NCBI GenBank assembly: GCA_946500425.1
Contig: CAMMVQ010000002.1
Location: 5,718-69,717 of the forward strand
Source of the DNA: an uncultured Mollicutes bacterium
GTDB taxonomy: Bacteria > Bacillota_I > Bacilli_A > RF39 > UBA660
Length of the DNA stretch: 64,000 nucleotides
Direction of reading: 5' to 3'
Of this stretch, positions 10,635-20,204 are shown piece after piece. A program made the position numbers and the translations under genes. Every line of letters starts with the position of its first letter. Within the stretch, counting starts at the first letter, position 1. Below the pieces are notes generated by a model. It saw only the letters and a program-made list of their open reading frames with translations. It had not been told where the DNA came from and did not search any database.

Positions 10635-10960
10635 TATTGATCCTCTTTATCATATATATATTTTTCCAGCTGTGATAAACGTCTTAAAATGTCTACGTTA
10701 GTAATTTCCTTTTCGCTTTTCTTAACGATGTCAATGTTCGCCTTAAGGTTTCTAAGCTCGTGCTTTAATTCCAAATTTTCTTGGGAAAGCTCTTTATTTT
10801 CGTTTTTTAATTCTCTTATGATGTTAATAAACTCCGTGTAATCTTTAATTATTTGGTCTAAATACTTATCTACCTCTTGAAGTCTGTACCCCCTGGTGTC
10901 AATCTTAAAATCCTTATCAAAGATATCTTGCGGGGTCAAAGCGATTCTACCATTAAACAT
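10634..10960 (-). CDS. gpsB: Cell-cycle protein GpsB (DivIVA-domain)
   Basis: LTPQDIFDKDFKIDTRGYRLQEVDKYLDQIIKDY followed by a coiled coil. Start set at MFNGRIAL (ATG 10960, SD GAGGTGAT). Confidence 0.85.
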   Translation of the reverse strand: MFNGRIALTPQDIFDKDFKIDTRGYRLQEVDKYLDQIIKDYTEFINIIRELKNENKELSQENLELKHELRNLKANIDIVKKSEKEITNVDILRRLSQLEKYIYDKEDQ

Positions 10961-11052
10961 ATTTATCACCTCTGTAATAAACATTATCGCAATTATTTGA
11001 GCATTTGTCAATTTACACTTGTAAACACCCGTGTGTTATAAATAACGTAAAG

Positions 11053-11325
11053 TTACTTTTTCTTTCTTATTCGCCCGTAACATTTTACCAAATCATAAGA
11101 TGATACCGAAAAACTAAAAGTAATAAAAGCGATGAAAAAGCTTTCGAAACTAATACCAAAAAACACGAAGAAAATAACTACGCTAAGTAATAATAAAATC
11201 CATATTATGTATTTAGTATCAACGTGTAAAGTCATCTTAATCGTGTTACCAAAAATGTTTAAAATAATCCAAACCGGTAAAATACTAGGAAATATTTTAT
11301 AAACCGCCTTTATTTCATCAATCAA
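11053..11325 (-). CDS. Hypothetical small membrane protein (3 TM)
   Basis: 90-aa ORF with a TTG start after AGGTGAT; hydrophobic. Confidence 0.5.
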   Translation of the reverse strand: MIDEIKAVYKIFPSILPVWIILNIFGNTIKMTLHVDTKYIIWILLLLSVVIFFVFFGISFESFFIAFITFSFSVSSYDLVKCYGRIRKKK

Positions 11326-11551
11326 TTAAATCACCTATCTAATTGTATGAAACATAATTAAATTTTCTTCAACTTTCGTGGTTTCTTCTATCATTTCGTC
11401 AATTAATATAAACATTAAAGTATGGTCCATTTTGTCCCTCCAAAAAAATATTAGCATAACTTATTAAAATTTTTTTCTTTTCGACAATACTTATCAAAAA
11501 GTTTATAAAATATATTTTATTTGTAGTATAATTATTTAAGGTGATGCAAGT

Positions 11552-12130
11552 ATGGTCCATCATAACTTTACTAAATTTAGTGTAAACGCTAACAGCGGTC
11601 TTAAAAATGGTTACGCAAACCGGGGAATGGGACTTGAATACGACATAAATTTAGCTAATGAATATTATAGAATTAATGATATAGCTTACATATATAAAAA
11701 ACCAACCCCGATAAAATTAGTTAAGGTTGACTATAAAAAAGGGGTCATCAAGGAAGCGTATTTTCAAACGCCATCAACCACCGATTACAATGGTATATAC
11801 AAAGGTAAATACGTTGACTTCGAGGCTAAGGAAGTGGCTAGTAAAACAGCTTTTTCACTAGCTAACATTCACGAACACCAGATAAACCACTTGATTAACG
11901 TCTCGAAACACGGGGCCATAGCGTTTTTAATCGTTAGGTTTACCGCCCTTGATAAAACTTATTTTTTAAGTGTTTTTGAGCTTGAGGAATTTATTAAAAA
12001 TTATAAAAGGAAGTCAATTCCGTTAAGTTTTTTTGAAAGTTATGGTAAAATTATTAAAGTAAAATATAGTCCTAGAATAGACTATCTTGAGATAATCGAT
12101 AAATTATATTTTGGAGGTAATGAAAAATGA
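11552..12130 (+). CDS. recU: Holliday junction resolvase RecU
   Basis: NRGMGLEYDIN...TDYNGIYKGKYVDFEAKE is typical of RecU. Overlaps ponA as in Bacilli. Confidence 0.93.
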   Translation: MVHHNFTKFSVNANSGLKNGYANRGMGLEYDINLANEYYRINDIAYIYKKPTPIKLVKVDYKKGVIKEAYFQTPSTTDYNGIYKGKYVDFEAKEVASKTAFSLANIHEHQINHLINVSKHGAIAFLIVRFTALDKTYFLSVFELEEFIKNYKRKSIPLSFFESYGKIIKVKYSPRIDYLEIIDKLYFGGNEK

Positions 12131-14874
12131 TGAAAAAAAGACCCAAAACAAAAAGTACGGTAGCTAACAACATCAAGGCTAAAACCGAGATGGTAAAAAA
12201 TAAAGTTACGAAAAACAGCAAGGGAAACAAAACAAAAATGAGCAAAAGAAAAAGAATCATCTTAAACGTATTGCTAGTTTGCGTAATTACTTTTGTTAGT
12301 TTAATTATGGTGTTTTTCGCTTACGTCATAATTAAGGCACCAGCCTTTAATCCTGACAACTTAAAATTTACCCAAATGTCAGAACTTTATGCTTCTGATG
12401 GTACCGTGTTTGCAAGATTGGGTAACGAAAATCGTACGGAAATAACCTATGACCAACTACCCGAGGTTTTGATAGACGCAATCGTCGCAACCGAAGACGC
12501 AAGGTTCTTCCAGCATAACGGATTTGACTTAGCGAGGTTTGTTAAGGCTAGTATCGGCCAAGTTTTAGGAAGAAATTCTGGTGGTGCTTCAACCTTAACC
12601 ATGCAGATTGTAAAAAATAATTATACTTCAACGGTTGCCTCTGGGTTTGAGGGTATCGTAAGAAAGTTTACCGACATATACATGTCAATCTTTAAAGTTG
12701 AAAGAAAGTATACTAAAAAAGAAATATTAGAGTTCTACGTTAATGATTCGTACTTAGGTAACGGTGCATATGGCGTTGAACAAGCCTCTCAAAACTACTT
12801 TGGAAAATCAGTTAGTGACCTTAACTTAGCCGAAGCATCATTCATCGCCGGACTTTTTCAAGCTCCTTCTAGCTACGACCCATATAATTATCCTGATAAG
12901 GCCGAATCAAGAAGAAAAACCGTTTTATACCTAATGCAAAGACATGGGTACATAACGGAAGAAGAAAGAAAAATAGCAGAGGCCAAACCAATTACCTCGT
13001 ACATAAAAACCGAAAGAACCAATAATGAATATTCTGAATACCAAGGATACATCGACACCGTCTTAGAAGAGTTAGAAGACGAATACCAATTAAATCCATA
13101 CACTACCCCACTTAAAATTTACACGGCCATGAATAAAGATAAACAAGACTTTATTAACAAAGTAATGAATGGTGAGGCATGGACTTGGGAAAATGATTTA
13201 GTCCAGGCCGGAATCGTAATGACCGAGTCTGATACTGGTGAGGTAATTGCCGTTGGAGCCGGTAGAAATAAAGACTCAAAAAGATCATATAACTTTGCCA
13301 CCCAAACCAATAAACAAATTGGTTCAACGGCAAAACCAATCTTTGATTATGGTCCTGCCGTTGAATACCTTGGCTGGGGTACGGTTAACTACATAAAAGA
13401 TGAACCATGGACTTATACAAACGGTCCTTCGATGAATAACTCAGATGGTGGGTATAAAGGTGTGTTGCCGATGTATCAAGCACTAGGTTTATCAAGAAAC
13501 GTTACTGCCCTTAAAACCTTCCAAGAAGTAAGTAGCAAAGCTGGAAATAGCAAAATAGCAGAGTTTGCAACCAGTTTAGGATTACAACCAGAAATAGAAA
13601 ACGGACGATTACACGAAGCACACAGTATCGGTTCGTTTACCGGAACCAAAGAAAAGCCAAACAGTCCAATGACAATGGCTGGAGCATACCAAGCTTTCTC
13701 TAATGGCGGATATTACATCGAACCGCACACGATAAAAAAATTCGTTTACAAAGAAACTGAAGAAGTGGTAGATAACACCAAAGAAAAAGTTCAGGTAATG
13801 AAGGACTCTACCGCTTACATAATAAATTACGCACTTAGCTGGTCGGTTACTGACGGACTTGCTAAGAGTGCCGCCAACATAGGTGGCGTTCAGGTGGCCG
13901 CAAAAACTGGTACTAGTAACTTTGACGATGAAACAATAAGAGCTAACGGTTTATCAAGAAACGCAATAAATGATCTTTGGGTTTGTGGATACACACCAAA
14001 ATACACGCTAACGTTTTGGTACGGATACGACAAAATATATAAAGAGCACTATAGTACCACGGCCGATTGGACAACACGTGATAGATTTTATAAAAATTTA
14101 GCTAATAACTTATTTGATAAAGATGGTAGTACGTTTGAAGTGCCTTCTAGCATTGAAGCTGTCCAAGTAGTAAAAAACTCAATTCCACTTAAATTAGCTA
14201 GTGCGAGTACGCCTGATAGTATGAAGGTAACTGGATACTTTAGAAAGGGAACGGCACCAGAAGAAACAAGTACTGATTTCGATACTTTACCTAGTGTTAC
14301 AAACATAAAAAGCACGGTATCAGGCAATAAGGTTGAATTGAGCTGGAATGGCATAAGCGCTGAGGACATGTTAAACTTAAATGCCGATGAAAGCTTTGGA
14401 AGCCTAGGATACGATATCTACATAAAAGACGGGGACGCAGGGACTGAAACGTACGTTGGAACAACAACGCAAACAACTTATACTCATACAACTAACTACT
14501 CTAACCCGGTATACGTAATATATACGGCTTACGCTAACTATAAAACAAACAGAAGTAAAGGCGTTGAACACAAGGTAAAAGTAGCTACTGATTTCGATGT
14601 TAGAGCAAGTAACGAAACCATTGAAGAAGGGTCTGTTTTCGTTGATGACTTACCAATCGTGGTACTTTATAACTCGGTAGACGTAACTAGTGAAAGTAAA
14701 ATAGAGTTAATCTCTGGTAAGGTTAATACCAGTTCGCCAGGAACTTATAAATTACAATATAAAGTTACTTATAACGGAAGCTCAAAAACGGTTACCAGGT
14801 CCGTTACGGTAACTCCTAAAGGCACCACGTCTTCTAGCACCACCTCAACAACAAATAGTAGTACTACACAATAA
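12127..14874 (+). CDS. ponA: Class A penicillin-binding protein (PBP1A; transglycosylase plus transpeptidase) with a long C-terminal extension
   Basis: GT51 motifs EDARFFQHNGFD and RKFTD; transpeptidase motifs STAKP, SRN and KTGT. The C-terminus has FN3-like and Ig-like (DUF5011-like) segments and a Ser/Thr tail. Confidence 0.95.
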   Translation: MMKKRPKTKSTVANNIKAKTEMVKNKVTKNSKGNKTKMSKRKRIILNVLLVCVITFVSLIMVFFAYVIIKAPAFNPDNLKFTQMSELYASDGTVFARLGNENRTEITYDQLPEVLIDAIVATEDARFFQHNGFDLARFVKASIGQVLGRNSGGASTLTMQIVKNNYTSTVASGFEGIVRKFTDIYMSIFKVERKYTKKEILEFYVNDSYLGNGAYGVEQASQNYFGKSVSDLNLAEASFIAGLFQAPSSYDPYNYPDKAESRRKTVLYLMQRHGYITEEERKIAEAKPITSYIKTERTNNEYSEYQGYIDTVLEELEDEYQLNPYTTPLKIYTAMNKDKQDFINKVMNGEAWTWENDLVQAGIVMTESDTGEVIAVGAGRNKDSKRSYNFATQTNKQIGSTAKPIFDYGPAVEYLGWGTVNYIKDEPWTYTNGPSMNNSDGGYKGVLPMYQALGLSRNVTALKTFQEVSSKAGNSKIAEFATSLGLQPEIENGRLHEAHSIGSFTGTKEKPNSPMTMAGAYQAFSNGGYYIEPHTIKKFVYKETEEVVDNTKEKVQVMKDSTAYIINYALSWSVTDGLAKSAANIGGVQVAAKTGTSNFDDETIRANGLSRNAINDLWVCGYTPKYTLTFWYGYDKIYKEHYSTTADWTTRDRFYKNLANNLFDKDGSTFEVPSSIEAVQVVKNSIPLKLASASTPDSMKVTGYFRKGTAPEETSTDFDTLPSVTNIKSTVSGNKVELSWNGISAEDMLNLNADESFGSLGYDIYIKDGDAGTETYVGTTTQTTYTHTTNYSNPVYVIYTAYANYKTNRSKGVEHKVKVATDFDVRASNETIEEGSVFVDDLPIVVLYNSVDVTSESKIELISGKVNTSSPGTYKLQYKVTYNGSSKTVTRSVTVTPKGTTSSSTTSTTNSSTTQ

Positions 14875-14901
14875 AAAAATCTCCTTTTGGAGATTTTTTT
14901 A
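14873..14901. terminator. Bidirectional intrinsic terminator between ponA and dnaD
   Basis: AAAAATCTCC-TTTT-GGAGATTTTT, flanked by an A-run and a T-run. Confidence 0.75.
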
Positions 14902-15546
14902 TTCCTCGTTAAGCCAATCATACTCATAACAATTAGAGTCCTTACCATCTTCTTCTTGTTTTTCCTTCTTTAATATATCATCGGGACTTTTAATCCCCCT
15001 TTTATTCCATTCATAAAGTATTTTATCGATGTACCTTAAGTTACTAACCCCATTAAATACCGCTTCTTTAAGGGCCGCTAAAATTAATTCCCTTTTAATG
15101 TTTGACTCTAACCAACCATTAATTATCTCATATTCCATTGGGGATAGCGTTCTTCCAAATTCTCTTTCAAACATATCATACATTTGAGAATTATCTGTTT
15201 CATTGTCCTCATCCTCCATCATCTTACTAAAAATAATCTCATAAAAGGAACTTATGTCTACCCTTTCTTCTAAAATTCCACTTTCGTTTTTTTCCATTTG
15301 AATAGCAAGGAGCCTTTTATCCTTAAGAAGGGAAATGGCATCTAAAAAATCTTTTTCCGTAAAGTTTAAACATTTGATTATTTTTTTATAATCAAATAAA
15401 TCCTTATTCTTATGATTTAAAAAATATATAAGCAAAAAACAGGAGTTCATGTCAAGGCCTAGACTTTTGGCATAAACTAGCAAATACTTTGGCACGGTAT
15501 AATGGTTTTCTATTTTTATTTCGTCCATAAGTAATTTCTTTAGCAT
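14899..15546 (-). CDS. dnaD: DnaD-domain replication initiation protein
   Basis: C-terminal DnaD domain FEREFGRTLSPMEYEIINGW...ILAALKEAV...NLRYIDKILYEWNKRGI. Confidence 0.8.
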   Translation of the reverse strand: MLKKLLMDEIKIENHYTVPKYLLVYAKSLGLDMNSCFLLIYFLNHKNKDLFDYKKIIKCLNFTEKDFLDAISLLKDKRLLAIQMEKNESGILEERVDISSFYEIIFSKMMEDEDNETDNSQMYDMFEREFGRTLSPMEYEIINGWLESNIKRELILAALKEAVFNGVSNLRYIDKILYEWNKRGIKSPDDILKKEKQEEDGKDSNCYEYDWLNEE

Positions 15547-15560
15547 TTTATCACCTCTTC

Positions 15561-16658
15561 TTATAAATTTGAATAATTATTAAGCAAATACTTCTTTATG
15601 TCATCTTCACTGTTAACAAGCTTTTTTAATACCACTTTTCTTTCTATATCATTTATAATTTTTTTAACCAAGGATTTATCATTTAATTCTAAATAATCTA
15701 TTATCTGTTTTCCGTTCATGGCTAAATCAGAAGTTTTTTTAATTGGTAATGAATCAAAATGATCATATATATTAACCTCATCTATTTTAAGGATTTGAGC
15801 AGCTATATAGCACACGTAAGTACCTTCCCTATAGATTTCCCAATCACTTATGTTTCCGTCGTTAACAACCTTTTTAATGGCTTTTAAATACGTTTTTTCA
15901 TTACTCGTAAACTGATACTTATCATCGGGACTAACCTGAGCCCATATCCCTATCGGATCATTTGTTCTAACAACTTTTCTACTTAAATCAATGCCAAGAT
16001 AATCAGAAAGTCCGAAATACCTTAATAAATCCATTCCTAAGTTTACGTTAGGAGACGAAAATATACGGTTAAGTTCCTGCTTCTTACGATAATAAGAAAG
16101 TCCTTTTAAATTCCCACGATAAGTAAAGATAGCCTCTTTTAACCCGTCATCTAAGGAAAAATTAAGCTCGGTTGCAAAACGAATCGCCCTCAAGATTCTA
16201 AGAGAGTCTTCTTTCAAACGCTTATCAGCACTTCCAACCACTCTTATCATCTTGTCTTTAATATCTTTGATTCCATCCAATAAATCAATTATTTTACCAT
16301 TTAAGTCCATGCACAAAGTATTCATGGTAAAATCTCTTCTTTTTAAGTCAATTATTAACTTATCAGTATACATTATCTTAGAAGGTTTTCTTTTGTCTTC
16401 ATACTCAAAGTCCATTCGGTAAGTAGTTATTTCAAAGTTAACTTTCTTATAATTTAAATGAACCGAACCATACTGCTCAAAAGGTAACCTAACCTCCTTA
16501 AATATTTCTTGTATTTGCTTTGGCGTAGCGTTAGTACACACGTCAACATCTGCGCTTTTTTTGCCTAATACATAGTCTCTAACAAAACCACCAACCAAGT
16601 ATGCTTCATATCCGTTATCATTAAATATTTTCAACAATTCTAAAGCTTTATCAAACAA
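15561..16658 (-). CDS. cca: CCA-adding tRNA nucleotidyltransferase
   Basis: GYEAYLVGGFVRDYVLG...DVDV motif and RDFTMN; TTG start after AGGTGAT. Confidence 0.9.
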   Translation of the reverse strand: MFDKALELLKIFNDNGYEAYLVGGFVRDYVLGKKSADVDVCTNATPKQIQEIFKEVRLPFEQYGSVHLNYKKVNFEITTYRMDFEYEDKRKPSKIMYTDKLIIDLKRRDFTMNTLCMDLNGKIIDLLDGIKDIKDKMIRVVGSADKRLKEDSLRILRAIRFATELNFSLDDGLKEAIFTYRGNLKGLSYYRKKQELNRIFSSPNVNLGMDLLRYFGLSDYLGIDLSRKVVRTNDPIGIWAQVSPDDKYQFTSNEKTYLKAIKKVVNDGNISDWEIYREGTYVCYIAAQILKIDEVNIYDHFDSLPIKKTSDLAMNGKQIIDYLELNDKSLVKKIINDIERKVVLKKLVNSEDDIKKYLLNNYSNL

Positions 16659-16695
16659 AGTTAATCACCTTTTTTATTATAACATCTTTACAAAG

Positions 16696-16719
16696 AAAAA
16701 AACCATTTTCATGGTTTTT
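16696..16719 (-). terminator. Intrinsic terminator of hup
   Basis: AAAAACCAT-TTTC-ATGGTTTTT, with a T-run on the minus strand. Confidence 0.75.
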
Positions 16720-16722
16720 CTA

Positions 16723-16998
16723 TTACTTATTTACAGCTTCTTTTAATTTAGAACCAGCTTTGAAAGTAACTGCTGTTCTAGCTGCAATCTTAACTGTTTC
16801 ACCAGTTCTTGGATTACGTCCTTCTCTTGCGTCTCTTTTTGAAGTAGCAAAAGTTCCAAATCCAACTAAAGCAACCTTTTCACCTTTTTTTAAAGCTTCA
16901 GTAATGCTTTCAGTAGTAGCTTCTAAAGCACGAGCTGCATCAGCTTTTGTTAAACCGGCTTTTTCAGCAATCATTTCTACTAATTGTTGTTTTGACAT
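16723..16998 (-). CDS. hup: DNA-binding protein HU
   Basis: MSKQQLVEMIAEKAGLTKADA...GFGTF...RDAREGRNPRTGE is canonical HU. Start set at MSKQQ. Confidence 0.95.
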   Translation of the reverse strand: MSKQQLVEMIAEKAGLTKADAARALEATTESITEALKKGEKVALVGFGTFATSKRDAREGRNPRTGETVKIAARTAVTFKAGSKLKEAVNK

Positions 16999-17118
16999 AA
17001 TAAAAACCTCCATATTTATGTTCATTCATAAGCTACCTTGCTTACAATATAAGCGTACCATTTTTAAATAAATAATTCAAGTATTTTAAGCATAAAAATT
17101 TGATTTTTCTCTTATTTT

Positions 17119-17655
17119 TTAAGGATTTTTTGTGCTTTTTAACCTTAATTCCACAACTAAGCGTTTTCTTTTGTCTTTCTTATCACAAGTAACTAATAAT
17201 AATTTTCCAGAATTTTCCTCTTCTTTTAAAATGAAAAGGTTTTCCTCATCAACTAAATAGGTACCATAAACCACGTAAACATAAATAATATCTTTTATGT
17301 AAAGATAAGCTAAATCATTTTTCTTAAGCGATTCTAAACGGTTAAAATAAGTGCCTATCCCCATTCCTGAATGCCCAAAAATAACTATCTTATCATTAGG
17401 TATCAAGTGCTTGTAATAAACCAACCCATCATCAAGATTTTTATAATCATCCTCAGCCTTAATAACCAGGTTCTCTAAGTTTATTTTCTCAATTTTTAGT
17501 ACACAACTTTCATCACGTTTAAAACTAGAATTATTTTGATAATAACCATTTACTTTTACTTGTTCATTTATATCAAACATAATTTTATTATACACGTTAA
17601 AGATAATGATAAAACTAGTTATGATAAACACAAAACTAATTAACTTTTTTTTCAT
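17119..17655 (-). CDS. Sortase (transpeptidase), N-terminal TM anchor
   Basis: Catalytic-type motifs IFGHSG and LLLVTCD...R. Overlaps the 3' end of its putative LPKTG substrate gene by 20 nt. Confidence 0.8.
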   Translation of the reverse strand: MKKKLISFVFIITSFIIIFNVYNKIMFDINEQVKVNGYYQNNSSFKRDESCVLKIEKINLENLVIKAEDDYKNLDDGLVYYKHLIPNDKIVIFGHSGMGIGTYFNRLESLKKNDLAYLYIKDIIYVYVVYGTYLVDEENLFILKEEENSGKLLLVTCDKKDKRKRLVVELRLKSTKNP

Positions 17656-19096
17656 AAAATAATCCTATCATACTTAAAACGTTTAATATTGCCACAAAAA
17701 TAATGAAACTACTTTTTCCAGTTTTGGGAAGTTTCGGTACTGTAGGCTCTGGTAATTTGTGATTAACCAAGGTGATTTCATTTAATAAACCATCCGTATC
17801 AACCGTAATTAAAGTATCTTTTACTTTATCAACTCCGGGCATAGTATCCATTTGTTTTATAACGTATTTCCCGTATGGCAGAACTATCTCTATTTTTCCC
17901 TCTTCGTTAGTTTGATAGGTTCCAATTAAATTTTCTTTGTCATCAAAGACCCCAAACGTTATGTTTTGTTCTGGTGCATAAGACCCGTCACTAATTTCTA
18001 ATACTTTGGTTATTATTATTTTATTTTCAATTATTTTTTCATCAAAAGTTATGGTTATAGACATTTGAGAGCTTGCTAAAAAGGTTCTTGAAATAGTTTT
18101 ACTAACGGTATATCCCTCACTTGCCTTTATTTCTTTTATGGAGTAATTTCCCTTCGGTAGTCTGTCAAAAACAATCATGCCATCTTCATTTGTTTCTTTG
18201 GTTTGTAGTAGTTTTCCAGAAGCATCATAAACGGCGTATACGGCACCTTTTAGGCTGGCATAAGATGAGGAAGGTGTTTTACTGTTAGTATCTTTATCAA
18301 TCTTATCAACTATTATTTTTCCGTAATCGCCACGAACTAAGTAATCACTAGAATAATTATAACCAGCCTCAAAGCTTCCGATTGTTTGGTAACCCGATTT
18401 ATAGTAAAACCTTATCTTAGAATCACCGTTTTTTCTTGATAAAGTAAAAGTATTATCACCTTCATTAACTTTAATTTTTATCGTGTTATTTTCTTTTTCA
18501 ACCAAAGTGTTAGGGTTCGTTACATCATAATCCTTTAAAACGTTATTAGCATCGTCAAGCTCTATTTCGTCACCTACGATATAATCGTCTTTAAAGTTAA
18601 ATTTAGGTGGTGTTTCATAATTATTAACCAGATTTAAAATCACTTTTTTTTCGCGCGATACATCAATTACGTTTCCTCCGTACTTCGCATCACTAAACCA
18701 TACGTTATCAACTCCCATGTGCTCCCATATTAACTCTTGAGCGGCCATGTAATACCTTTTGTCATCATGAGAAGGATACTTATAACCATAGTATCCAACT
18801 AAACTAATATATTTAGTGTCTATACTTCCAAGAGGTGTTTGCGAAACATCTAAAGTTGAATTATAGTATGATGCTTTATCCGCTAAAACACCTGGCTCTA
18901 TGCAGTAAGCTATAACGCCATTTGCGGTAATAATAGCAAGATTAGTTACATAATCTTCCCCGTTTCTTTCCTGGTGTACGAAAACGTTTCTATCGAGCTC
19001 CCAGTCGATAAAAGTATCATTATCTGCCGCCATTATTTTTAATGGTAACAACAAAAATACCAAACTAATTATAATGCAAAACAATTTATTTTTCAT
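17636..19096 (-). CDS. LPXTG-anchored surface protein: signal peptide, possible thioester (TED-like) head, two Cna-B/SpaA-type domains, LPKTG sorting signal
   Basis: Signal peptide MKNKLFCIIISLVFLLLPLKIMA. Cna-B-like repeats GAVYAVYDASGKL...DGMIVFDRLPKGNYSIKEIKASEGY and FGVFDDKENLIG...EGKIEIVLPYGKYVIKQ. C-terminus is LPKTG plus a hydrophobic stretch plus KK. AYCIEPG and AAQELIW resemble the Cys and Gln thioester motifs. Confidence 0.85.
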   Translation of the reverse strand: MKNKLFCIIISLVFLLLPLKIMAADNDTFIDWELDRNVFVHQERNGEDYVTNLAIITANGVIAYCIEPGVLADKASYYNSTLDVSQTPLGSIDTKYISLVGYYGYKYPSHDDKRYYMAAQELIWEHMGVDNVWFSDAKYGGNVIDVSREKKVILNLVNNYETPPKFNFKDDYIVGDEIELDDANNVLKDYDVTNPNTLVEKENNTIKIKVNEGDNTFTLSRKNGDSKIRFYYKSGYQTIGSFEAGYNYSSDYLVRGDYGKIIVDKIDKDTNSKTPSSSYASLKGAVYAVYDASGKLLQTKETNEDGMIVFDRLPKGNYSIKEIKASEGYTVSKTISRTFLASSQMSITITFDEKIIENKIIITKVLEISDGSYAPEQNITFGVFDDKENLIGTYQTNEEGKIEIVLPYGKYVIKQMDTMPGVDKVKDTLITVDTDGLLNEITLVNHKLPEPTVPKLPKTGKSSFIIFVAILNVLSMIGLFYEKKVN

Positions 19097-19226
19097 AATT
19101 ATCTCCTTTCACGCTAGATACACTAACATAAAGGAAACAAATTACATAATTACAATAACTTAATAATTAGAAAAGTATTATTACAAAAATAATCTATATA
19201 ATTTAAAAAAATAAAAGGTTGAGTTA

Positions 19227-19256
19227 TAAAAAATACAGAAATTTAATTTCTGTATT
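19227..19256 (-). terminator. Intrinsic terminator after the antitoxin gene
   Basis: ATACAGAAAT-TTA-ATTTCTGTAT followed by TTTTTTAT on the minus strand. Confidence 0.7.
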
Positions 19257-19278
19257 TCAATCCAAATATTTCGACAAA

Positions 19279-20190
19279 TTATATATCTAATGAAAAACTA
19301 TCGCTATATTTTTTGGGACTTATTATTTCCCCAGCTTTAGTTTCTTTCCATCCAATAAACTTATGTGACCATAATGATAGCTCGCTCGCACTTTTACCTT
19401 TTAATTTATTTTTTACCTTATTCATACATTTAACTTCTTCATCGAAAAAGAAATTCAAATCTACCAAAGCATTAGACAAATAAACATCTGCTTTGTCCTC
19501 TTCTATAGCAGGATCAATAGTTATGTAGTTATTATGTAATAAGTAATTAATAATCCATTTATAATTATCAATTATAGGTCCATGGGTCCCGTTAGCATAA
19601 TTTAAGGTAGTAATTTTATACCCATACTCTTTGTAATTTTCAAAATCAAGGGCGAACATATTCTTCATTATCTGAGTTTTACCAAGTGGATTATTATTTA
19701 AAATATAGAGAAAGGTATTTATGGTTTTAACGTGCTCAAATAATTTGGCCCTTTTTAAAATGAGATAGTAATCATCTTTTAATCTTTCTTTGTTTTCATT
19801 TAATATTTTTATAAATTCTGAGGGATTATTTTTTAATTTTTTGTATGTGTCAACATATTCTTTTTGAGGAAAAGATTCTTCATTTTCATACCTTGCAATT
19901 GTTTTTTTACCCCAACCAAGAAGCTTTGCAAATAATTCTTGTGAAAGATTATAGCTTTGTCTTATTAATTTAAAATCAGAAAAAATTAAATTATATTTTT
20001 TTAAATATTCAGCATGTATTTTTTTAATAGAATCATTACCCTCTATAAAAATTTCATTATTACAATTGGGACAAATATATATGTTTTCTTTAACTTCAAC
20101 ATCATCACCATTTACTTTATATATATTCTTTACTTTTTTTAACGTAGGATAAACATCTTTATCACACCCAAAACAATATTCTTTTTTCAT
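19279..20190 (-). CDS. Tripartite antitoxin-like protein: YgiT/MqsA-type zinc ribbon, XRE HTH and a DUF4065 (Panacea/SocA-like) domain
   Basis: CFGC...CPNC zinc ribbon. HTH LIRQSYNLSQELFAKLLGWGKKTIARYENEE. The C-terminal half (FLYILNNNPLGKTQIMKNMFALDF...GTHGPII) resembles DUF4065. Confidence 0.7.
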   Translation of the reverse strand: MKKEYCFGCDKDVYPTLKKVKNIYKVNGDDVEVKENIYICPNCNNEIFIEGNDSIKKIHAEYLKKYNLIFSDFKLIRQSYNLSQELFAKLLGWGKKTIARYENEESFPQKEYVDTYKKLKNNPSEFIKILNENKERLKDDYYLILKRAKLFEHVKTINTFLYILNNNPLGKTQIMKNMFALDFENYKEYGYKITTLNYANGTHGPIIDNYKWIINYLLHNNYITIDPAIEEDKADVYLSNALVDLNFFFDEEVKCMNKVKNKLKGKSASELSLWSHKFIGWKETKAGEIISPKKYSDSFSLDI

Positions 20191-20204
20191 TTTTCTCTTC
20201 CTTT

